Shown here: piece by piece, positions 1 to 9,178 of the stretch
Layout of the letters: every line of letters starts with the position of its first letter
How positions within the stretch are numbered: position 1 is the first letter of the stretch
Assembly: GCF_018977255.1 (NCBI RefSeq)
Contig: NW_024704742.1
Coordinates: 126,420,001-126,484,000, forward strand
From: Callorhinchus milii
Lineage: Eukaryota
Length of the DNA stretch: 64,000 nucleotides
Reading direction: 5' to 3'
Position numbers and translations under genes: made by a program
The notes under the pieces: model-generated
Told to the model about the DNA's origin: nothing
The model's input: the letters and a program-made list of their open reading frames with translations, nothing else
Databases searched by the model: none

Positions 1-180
1 ATTTACTTTTTTGAAGGGATTATTATCCCCCGAAAAGCAACCCACCAACCATTTAACAACCAGGTTTCTATTTATGGCTGAGTGAATAGAGGCTTGTGGA
101 GTAAGGAAACTTGTCCAACATTTCACCCTCCTCGGAATCGAACCCAAGACCTTGCGAAGCGAGTGCTCTTCCATTCAACA
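1..180 (-). mobile_element. 5' half of a tRNA-headed SINE (long variant with CORE-like segment), running off the window edge
   Basis: Reverse complement reads ...GAGCACTCGCTTCGCAAG..GGTTCGATTCC...GGACAAGTTTCCTTACTCCACAAGCCTCT, homologous to the copies at 38118 and 44876. Confidence 0.75.
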
Positions 181-277
181 CAATGCTCTGATTCAGCGCT
201 TTGGGATGTCCTTCCGATGTGAAAGGCGCTATACAAATGTAATTTGTTGTCGTTTGTTGTTGATTAATTCAACTATA

Positions 278-657
278 GAGTTTAAGACACTCATCCTTAC
301 TTTAAAAGCTCTCCACAGTCTTGCTCCTCCCTAACTCTGCAACCTGTTAAAATCTTACCGATATGCCCTCTCCCACTGCTCAGTGGGCTTCATGTCCCCT
401 GCTTGCCCCACCATCGGCATCGTGCCATCAACCTTTCTGACCCAACCCTCTGCAACTTCATCCTGGAATCCCTTCACCTCGCCCCCTCCCTTGACTCCTC
501 AAGGCACTTCTTCAAGACCTTCCTCTTCGACAATGCCTTTGGTCATCCTTCCACCCCTCTTGATTCCAACGACCAGTTCGGGTGTAAACCCTTGACTGTC
601 CAGCACATTGGGATGTCCTCCCGACGTGAAAGGCGCTATTTAAATCCAATGTGTTGT
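278..657 (+). mobile_element. L2-clade LINE 3' fragment
   Basis: Encodes FKTLILTLKALHSLAP-like ORF2 C-terminus and ends in cgtgaaaggcgctatttaaatccaatgtgttgtt. Confidence 0.85.
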
Positions 658-782
658 TTATATCTGAAAACAACAGAATTCAGAGAAAAGGAGGCATTAA
701 TATGGAGGACGATAAACTTTTGACATTGCCTGTCTGTTGGGATTATAAAACAAAACAAAATTTTAAAACAAAACAATAATAA

Positions 783-916
783 ATTGGTCATTTTCAATCC
801 ACGACTGTTTGTGGGACGTTGCTATGCACAATTGGCTGCTACATTTTCTGTGAAGCGCTTTGAGACGTCTAGAAAACGTGAAAAGCGCAATATCAAATTC
901 AAGGATTATTATTATT
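783..916 (+). mobile_element. SINE 3' fragment (shared L2-type tail)
   Basis: gactgtttgtgggac...gtgaagcgctttgagacgtctagaaaacgtgaaaagcgc...aaggattattatt. Similar fragments lie near 1598-1745, 3115-3253, 11225-11362, 14325-14500 (-), 33070-33220 (-), 36663-36826 and 48790-48995. Confidence 0.85.
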
Positions 917-2305
917 GTAATATGAAATATACATTTAACCCTTGTTAACCCTAACTCTGCTTTTAAAAAGAAGCTAAATAATGTGTTCATTTTGGTTTCA
1001 AAATCAGTAATAAAGAGTACAGATTTATTTGCACAGTTTGGACTGTGTTTTATAGGCAGTAATAGCCCCGACACTAATCAAACCACATTACATTTAAAGT
1101 GGAACCATATAATATAAAGATTATTTGTTAATGTGTATCCTAGACTGTACTGCACCCAAGGTTCCATTTTATTGAGCTGCAAAAGCAGGAATGATTAGGT
1201 TCAGTGTGACTCTTTTATTTATTGTTCTATATTTCTCTCCTCACTATCTACCCCTCACATAGCACACAGTTCCCCAACCAAGAGGGCAGGTAGGTGTCCT
1301 GGTCTGGGGCTTCTGCCCAGAACAACTCTTTCAGTGACCATTAGGAAGGCCAGGGAAGTAATTTGGGCTGAATTGTACTCTGATGTTAATCAGCTTCCTT
1401 CCTGTAGGAAAGCACTTTCTCTATTCTCACTGCCTCCCCAGGCAGCCTGACTAATCTCAGGAACTCACTATGTGGGGAGGTAGAGGAGAAAGCCTAAGGG
1501 AAGATCAAACAGATACAGACCCAGAATAATTCTGCCATTTGCTTGGTTGGAGCTGGCTGCTTGTGGGAACGGTGTGTGGTATAGTGAGAGAGCAAAACAA
1601 TTGGTCACTCAATCCACGACTGCGTTTCGCCCACAAATTATATAGTCAATTCATTTTACAGTATATTCTGTGAAGCACTCTGAGACATCTTGAAGACATG
1701 ATAAGGCGCTATATCAAATGCAAGGGTTATTATTATCATTATTATCTCAAATGAGGAGAAAATAGAATGTCCCTTTTATGCACAAAACTACCAGCTGAAT
1801 AGTGGCTTAAAATGCTGTGACAATGATCCAAAGGCTTAGAGTAAAATGGCTCAAGTTCTGTCCATAATTTCCCATGCATTGAATTCCAAATCTCAACCAG
1901 GATACCAGAGTGAGGAACCCAGCATTGGCCAAGTGAAAGGAGAGACAGAAAAAAGAGGCTGAGATGGCCTTGTTTGCACTGATGAGAGGGGAGGGAGGAA
2001 ATGTGGCATGTGATGTGATCGCCATCACAAACACCATTGAATCTCCTCCCCTCACCTCCCCCATGGATACAGATAACAAATGTCTGTCTCTCCAGCTTCT
2101 CTATCTGTCCAGTCATGGCATTTGTTGGAAATCAAGGAAATACTAAAAAACGCAAACATACAAAATACATTTTAAAAATGATTGGAAGCAAAATATCTTT
2201 TTTTTTACAATTAGCTATGTGCCACAAATCTCTGTTTGGGACACTGAATATATTGCATATATCCACGTGATACTAAGGCACCAAATATAAATTATAATTA
2301 ATATT

Positions 2306-2716
2306 ACTTGTAGTTGATATAGCACCTTTCAAATCAGGAGGACATCTTGAAGGGCTTCACAGGACATATGTAAAATGACTGCGTTTTTGTGGGCTAACGG
2401 TGCAGCCAATTGGTGCACAGCAATGTACCATAAGAGGCCATGAAATGAATGATCTATTTCACTTTGAGGGATTGTTGGCCAGGACACCATGAGAAAAATT
2501 CTCTTCTCTTTTCAAATAGTACCATGGGATTTTTTAAGACATCTGTCTAAGCCTAAGGACCGCACCTCCAACAATGCAGCACTCCCACCCCCCCCACCCC
2601 CCACCACCAGCGCATTCAAGTGTCAGCCTAGATGGTATGAGTTCCAAATTCTGATACGGGATTTGAACCCACAAACTTCTGACTCAGAGGCAAGAGTGCT
2701 ACCAAATGAGACAGGC
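2306..2716 (-). mobile_element. Deu-domain SINE (SacSINE1-like), near full length
   Basis: tRNA-like head (gtagcactcttgcctctgagtcagaag..ggttcaaatc in reverse complement), partial Deu core (atcccatggtactatttgaaaagag..ggtgtcctggccaac) and L2-type tail. Confidence 0.75.
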
Positions 2717-3867
2717 TGTCACAAAATCAACCCCCTATACAATGCCCAACAATTGGATCAAAATAATAACTAAAATTCAGTAATTGAATGAGTTTTATAT
2801 TTGCATAGCATCAGCTCAGCCTCGGCTCAAAAAAGATGCAAGAATTTATTTTACCTTTCATGACAACTTGCATCACTATAGCATGGAACACCAGCTTGGA
2901 GCACTTCACACAGGCAGGATTGGATGCAAAACAAGGTAAGTGGGGGGTGGGGGTGGAGGTAACCAAATCGAAGTTGATAGAAATGTTATGTGTCATAAAT
3001 CTGTACTTTTTTAAAGCAATTTAGCAGTGAGATCCCAAATACAACCCGACACTTTAGATTGTAAAGAGGGTCTCTTGGTGTTAAAGGAGCAATACTCCCA
3101 GCTAAATACATAGCACAATCTGTGCACAATTGGCTGCCATGTTTCGCCCATAAATATACAGTTAATTCACTTTACAGCATATTCTGTGAAGCCCTTTGAG
3201 ATGTCTAGAAGACGTGAAAAGTGCTATATCAAATGCAAGGATTATTATTATTATAAAACATACAGGAGGGGTAGATGAGGGTATCTAACACAATTTGTTT
3301 TTAATAAGGGTTGACACAGAGCAGTTTGTGCAGAACTTATTTTATGCAGAATGTAGAAAGAACTTGCATTTTTATAATACCTTATCATGTCCTATCATTT
3401 CACAGTGTCTTACAGCAATTACAATCGAGTGTAGTTTAGGCAAACCCCGCAATCATTTTGCACACAGTAAAGTCCCACAAACAATCATGAGGTGAACATA
3501 AAAGACAGTCCATAATATTTTTGTAAATTATTAAACAATTCAAAGAATTCACCTTCAAATGTGTACCAAAACAGTAAATATCTATTAGCTTAAATTAATA
3601 GCTGAGAGAAACAGGTGAGTGCATTTGCTATCCAGCCATCTGAAGCCGGCTTAATTTCCAGTTCAAGGAGAAGATTTATAGCGCAGTATCACAAACTCAA
3701 TTATGGAGCAAATAAATAAATTGCCTTTGTGTTTCTTTTCTGTTTCTAACAAAAATATTTTTTCAGTACTCCACCGTGATGCACCACCCCCCAACTTGGC
3801 TCCCACGCCCAACTCCCATGCCTATTCATCATATGCTTCAGGACATCCTCCTCATGTGTATTTTTCA

Positions 3868-4260
3868 GGGGTCTGCCATGTATCTGACACATGCAGAAAC
3901 CCATCACCATGAATATCAAGGTTACCAATATTAAGAATATCCAAACCAAACTGAGAGTTCCATACATACCACCTGTACATGGACATTTCAGAGATGTTTA
4001 TTGGAATGCAATGTGTACTCTCTCCCTCGAGGGACACATCCTGCTTACTTAATTCCAGATAATATTAGGTGCAGGTTGGCAAAAGTCGAGGCTTGGGGAC
4101 CCCAAAATGTGCAGTGGGTTATTGCTGGAGACTAACTAGCTGCAACTACATTGCTTGCCATTGAGAGTTCGTGCCTGGTAAGCTTTCTCACTGCTTGTCA
4201 AAGATAGGACCACCCTACCCATTAGGGCTTAGGCTTGCAGGGATAATGGGAGCTGAGTGC
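3868..4260 (-). repeat. Unclassified interspersed repeat, copy 1 of 4
   Basis: Homologous to 18390-19010, 27880-28335 and 43683-43805; strand inferred from the T-rich left flank. Confidence 0.7.
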
Positions 4261-4824
4261 TTCGCGATTTCACTCCTCAGCTCTAATTTTAAGACTATGC
4301 CCTCTTGTTCTGGATTCCCCCACCAGAGGAAATAATTTGTCTGTATCTACCTTATCTAATCCCTTTATCATTTCAAACACCTCAATTAGATCACCCCTTG
4401 CCCCTTCCACCCCACTGTCAGAAATAGAGCCTTTGCTCTATATATTTACATACATTCAGATCTTACACTTTAAACTGCATTCATGCAGGGACCCAGGTGC
4501 TTTGAGATGCTCTGAGGTGTGGCACACATCAAAAGCAAACCTCTGTAGTATGTGAGACCACATGTGCACTACCCTAGACCATTGTGAAATGCTCACAAAG
4601 GGAAGGGAAGGCTGCTGTATCAGTGTACTGCACACTGATATTGTATTACTGTGCACTGTTCTTTGAAACTCCATCCTGGAGACCCTCCACCTCAACCCCT
4701 CCCTCCTCACTTTTAAAGCATGTCTTAAGATCTTTGTTTTCGACCACTCTTTTGGTCATCTCGCCCCTTCCTTGCTCAGCTGTCCTCATCCCCAGTTCAG
4801 GCTCCCAGTCATTTCTGTGATGTC

Positions 4825-5222
4825 CTCCCGATATTTCAAGATCTTCACACTCGTCTTCAAATCCCTTCATCCCCTGGCACCTCCTTACCACTCAGACCTA
4901 CCTATTCCCCAATTCACTACCCATCACCTTCGCTCGACTGGCTCTCGCCTCCTGTATGTGCCTTGTGCCCTCCACTCCACCACCGATGGCTGTGCTTTAG
5001 CTACTACTTCCTAAAACTCTGGACCACTCTCCCTCAATCCCTCCACTTTGCCCCCTCCATCCCCAACTTCAGATTGCGCCTGTTTACCTTCCTCTTCAAC
5101 CATGCTTATGGTCACCTCACCCTTCCCCCTGGCTCAAAGTCATGCTCCGCCACTGTCAAGTGTCCTGGGTTGCTACTCTGCGTGTGGGGCGCTATATAAA
5201 TGCAAATTGTTGTTCTTGTTGA
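4825..5222 (+). mobile_element. L2-clade LINE 3' fragment
   Basis: FKIFTLVFKSLHPLAPPY motif; ends gggcgctatataaatgcaaattgttgtt. Confidence 0.85.
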
Positions 5223-5408
5223 TGATGGTATGAGGGGTGTTATATAAATATAAAATTGTAAAATTAAAATTACTCTCCACTTTGCTCACAGAGAACCATT
5301 TATTATGAATGTACTATTTCAACTGTAATTTTATTTTGGAGTTGTAGAAGGTTACAACTCTGTTCAGGTGGGTATTAAGGGTTCCATATTGGGGCTATCA
5401 CATATCAT

Positions 5409-5770
5409 TCTGGTTCAGTTGGTAGTACTTTTGTCTCTGAGTCAGAAAATTATGGGTTCAAACCTCACTTGGGGACTTTGAACTCATATTGTCTAGGCTG
5501 ACACTCCAATACAGTGATAGCAGAGTGCTGCAATGTTGGAGGTGCCGTACTTCAGATGAGACATTAAACCGAGGCCCCATTTGCCTGTTAAAGATTTTAT
5601 AGTGCTATTTGCTCAGGGGTCCTGGCCAATAACCCTCAGATAAAAGTAGGCATTCACTTCAAGGCTATTTGTGGGACTTTGCTGTGTGCAAATTGGCTGC
5701 TGCATTTGCCTACAAAGTACACAGTCACTGCACATTACACTAAATCTTGATTAGCACTTTGATACACCTC
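5409..5770 (+). mobile_element. Deu-domain SINE
   Basis: A box tggttcagttgg, B box ggttcaaac, then ggaggtgccgtacttcagatgagacattaaaccgaggcccc (Deu-domain motif) and 3' body. Confidence 0.8.
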
Positions 5771-5994
5771 TGGAGAATACCTTTGCTGTTAGCATCACAT
5801 TAGGTTGATTTTAATCTTAAAAGGAACATGCACAGCAGTTGAGGGAATTTTAAAGTAATGTTTTGTGGATCTAAGAGATAGACAGACAGCACTGGGAAGA
5901 AATATTTAATCTCATTCAATCATTGAGGTAAGAAAGGTGTATAGGTGGGATGCATGGAATTTTCAGTTTGGTTCGAATACTGTTAAGCATGATG

Positions 5995-6165
5995 ATGCCT
6001 TCCTCTTCGACCTTGCCTTCGGTCATTCTCCTACCCCTACCCTCCCTGCCGTCCACCTTTCCTGATCCCAACACCAGCTCGGGTCCGGATCCCTGACTGC
6101 CCAGGGCCTTAGGACATTCCCCTGACGTGAAGGGCGCAATACAAATGTAATCTGTTGTTGTTGTT
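5995..6165 (+). mobile_element. L2 3' terminal fragment
   Basis: ttcctcttcgaccttgccttcggtca...gacgtgaagggcgcaatacaaatgtaatctgttgttgttg. Confidence 0.8.
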
Positions 6166-7651
6166 TCCACATGTGTCAGGCACCCACCTGACCAAAATAA
6201 GAAAGGTCTGATGATTTGCAGAGGGTTAATTTCAATCAGTGCATTTTAATGAAGAATGTTATTGTCTGATCTCTGATATCAGAGTAACAAATTTGGAGGC
6301 TTCCATGCTGGAGTTTTCTCCCATCTCCTATGACTGTCTTTCTCACTATAAGGTGTGCAGCCACCTCTGCAGTGAATTGAAACCACCTTTCCTATTCAAT
6401 CGCCCCACACTACAATGAAAGATCAGTGACTCAGATCATAGACTGCTTTCTTATTAAAAGTATTTCATACTGAAGTGGAGGAGTATGAGGATATGGCTTT
6501 ATTATCTGACTGAATAAACTGGGGCACGCCAATCAAATGGCACAAAACATGTCACGGTGGTTATTTAACAGTTCATCTCATCTTGCAAAAGTAATTATAG
6601 CATTCTTTCGAAAAAAAAGTACATTTAAAACTCAGCCTTCAACCTTGAAACTTTGCATTGACCACAGTCTTTCCCCCCTCAAATAGTGGGACATAGAAAC
6701 AATTAATAATGGGAGTCTATTAAGGTCTGATTGTTGCCACTAAGAGAGAGGTAGAATTTCAGTCCTTTGAAGTAACTGGGTATGATTTGGGCTCATTACA
6801 GAGATATTATCTGCATTCATACATTTATGTTAGTGAGTTGAATCTATTGGGAGTGATTGAATTCTGTTACATAGTGCATCTTTCCTGCGGAACCTTTCTC
6901 AGGCTTTCTCAAGTTCATCCAACAAGTCACAATAATACCAGGATAGGACAGTATTTGACACACTAATGCTCTGGCTTGGAATGAGACTGAAAGACAATAT
7001 GGGGGTGGTGGTGGGGGGGGGGGGGGGGGGGGGTTGGGGCGGGTGGCGAGGGAGGGAGAAGTCTCATTTTGAACGACTCATAAATACGTCAAGTTGTGCA
7101 ATGCAGACATCACAAAGCACATCAGAAAAAAATGCCGTATTCTACGTGCTTTAAAGTTTAAGCAGCAGAGAAGCAGACTGGCGCTTTTTTATACGATGGC
7201 GGCTTTGAAATAGCAACAATGATCCTTGCATTTGACATAGTGCCTTATTGCGTCTTTGGGACGTCTCAGAATATCCTGTGAAGTGAATTGACTGTTGCGG
7301 GCGAAATAATACCAATTGGGTGCATGGGCTTCGAAGGAAAGAAATATAATTCAGAGGGTTAACTCATGTGAACAATTACAAAGTGTTTGCAGAGGTTTCT
7401 TTTATCCTGCCAGCACACACACACACACACAAAAGCTCTTAAACAGACGGAAAAACCTTATATAGTTTAAAAAAAAACAGGGGTGTGGTGTGGTGGGGAG
7501 GTGGGGAGGTGGTGGTGGGAGGGGGGGAAGGAAGATGGGGGCGAGAAGTGTGAACACTTTTGTTTCTTGTGCGGAAGCAAATAGTCGGGATGATTCATTA
7601 AATACAGTAGGAGCTCCTTCAGAGCTGACAAAGGTTAAAAAGGAACTGACT

Positions 7652-7660
7652 CTGTCTGTC

Positions 7661-7691
<31 letters not shown>

Positions 7692-7712
7692 CTGACTGAC
7701 TGACTGACTGTG
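7652..7712. repeat. Compound (TCTG)n(TG)n(CTGA)n microsatellite
   Basis: Seen directly. Confidence 0.9.
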
Positions 7713-7856
7713 TGCTCTTCCTGACCAGTCTGTAATCTGGTTTGCAGGGCTCCTGCTGCTGACTCGTCTGCCCCATCGCGTGTGCAGGAACATTCAGAAA
7801 GCAGCGAACTCCTCCAGGTGGCTCTCCACCACCTCACTGCCAAGAGGGAGCGAGTG

Positions 7857-7935
7857 GGAGAGAAGGAGAGAAGAGAGAGAGAGAAGAGAGAGGGAGAGAG
7901 AGAGAGAGAGAGAAGAGAAGAGAGAGAGAGAGAGA
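7857..7935. repeat. (GA)n polypurine tract
   Basis: About 80 nt of uninterrupted purines. Confidence 0.9.
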
Positions 7936-8556
7936 GTAAAGCCCAGGCTGGAAAAGCAAGTCCAAAGGGGCTCCCTAGAGGGAGTTGGGCTCAGCCCGGA
8001 AGAGAGTGAGATTAGTAAAGCGTGACTCCACAGTCCGTGCTGGTGGTCGTCGGCTTTCACAGCAAAGGGGAGCAGTGAGTCAGGACAATTAACAGGACCG
8101 AGAGCACCAGAAGGCACACAGTCAGTCATCTCCGCACCGGTTGCTCAGAAGGGATTTTTCTTCCACTCTATGGTTTTCAGATGTCCACCGCCGCCTGATC
8201 CATAACAGGCGTTACTGACTGACCTGACCGACCACATCCCACCCCTCGGTGTGGTTGGTGATCACTGACATTCTTCACCAGCCTTTTTATTTGGGGGGGA
8301 CCTGTTTTCTGCAAGAGACCCAACCCCCCCCCACCACCCTCCCACCCTCCCCTCCCTCCCCCCCCCCAAAAAAAACAACCTCCTCCCCACTTCAAAGCCA
8401 CTAAAGCAGCCCGTGGTCTTGAACAAGATCCCGCTCTGGGACCCAGACACACACACACACACAGTGAGGACTGAGGAGTACCTTTGTGGAGCCACTTATA
8501 TTACAGTATCTGCTGCCTCTCCTGAAGGCGGAATCAGCAGAGAAACACCACGAACC

Positions 8557-8558
8557 GT

Positions 8559-8594
<36 letters not shown>
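8557..8594. repeat. (GT)n(GA)n microsatellite
   Basis: Seen directly; further (CA)n tracts near 7414-7431 and 8447-8463. Confidence 0.9.
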
Positions 8595-8741
8595 CCACAG
8601 AGATACAGAGAACACACTGAAGCAATACCTGAGGAGGACAGGAGTTCGACACATCGTCCGAAATCGGTGAGCCTCACCCCCCCCCTCCCCCCCCCTCCCC
8701 CACCCCCCCCCCAACAGTGGAGATGATTTATCACCTGAGCT

Positions 8742-8858
8742 ATGGGTATTGATGAACTTCATTCAAAGGATAACAGAGGTCAAACGGAGAAGACCAGCAC
8801 CAAACTCTCAACCTGCCTCATAATTGTCCTCGGCATTCCAGTATGTTTCTTTTTATGA
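8742..8858 (+). promoter_or_regulatory. Upstream ORF (38 aa) in the presumed FGF10 5' leader
   Basis: gctATGg (G at -3 and +4) opens MGIDELHSKDNRGQTEKTSTKLSTCLIIVLGIPVCFFL-TGA, ending 31 nt before the FGF10 ATG. Inclusion in the mRNA is inferred, not shown. Confidence 0.6.
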
Positions 8859-8908
8859 GACTTTTTCCAGTGCCAAGAGCTTCAGTACAATGTGGAAATG
8901 GATACTGA
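8843..8908 (+). promoter_or_regulatory. Out-of-frame uORF overlapping the FGF10 start (21 aa)
   Basis: ATGs at 8843 and 8855 share a frame: MFLFMRLFPVPRASVQCGNGY-TGA, with the stop at 8906-8908 inside the FGF10 CDS. Confidence 0.6.
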
Positions 8909-9178
8909 CAAAGAGTGCCTCAGCCCTGTCACACCTGGCTTCTGTCTTCCTCCTTTTCCTCATCTGTTCCTCGTCTGTTGGCTGCAATGACATCAGCAGA
9001 GATATGTTGTCTCCCAATATCACGGGCTCCTCGTCCAGCCTCGGAAGGCATGTGCGCAGCTACAAGTACCTGGAAGGGGATGTGCGGTGGAGGAAACTCT
9101 TCTCTTTCACCAAATACTTTCTCAAGATCGATAGCAACGGCAAGGTCGGGGGAACAAAGAAGGAAAACTGCCCCTTCA
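8890..9178 (+). CDS. FGF10: Fibroblast growth factor 10, coding exon 1 (signal peptide and start of FGF core; 96 codons + 1 nt)
   Basis: ATG at 8890 gives MWKWILTKSASALSHLASVFLLFLICSSSVGC...GRHVRSYKYLEGDVRWRKLFSFTKYFLKIDSNGKVGGTKKENCPF, matching the FGF10 N-terminus and core. Donor TTCA|gtaagt at 9178/9179, phase 1. Confidence 0.98.

Larger units (their letters stand above)
7400..8720 (+). promoter_or_regulatory. FGF10: Probable FGF10 promoter / 5' leader region
   Basis: Free of recognisable transposons, more GC- and CpG-rich than the flanks, packed with simple repeats, directly upstream of the ATG. The TSS cannot be located from sequence. Confidence 0.5.

Noticed and set aside
7780..8129. 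Arg/Glu-rich and Ser/Leu-rich ORFs upstream of FGF10
   Set aside because: Translations of the (GA)n microsatellite.
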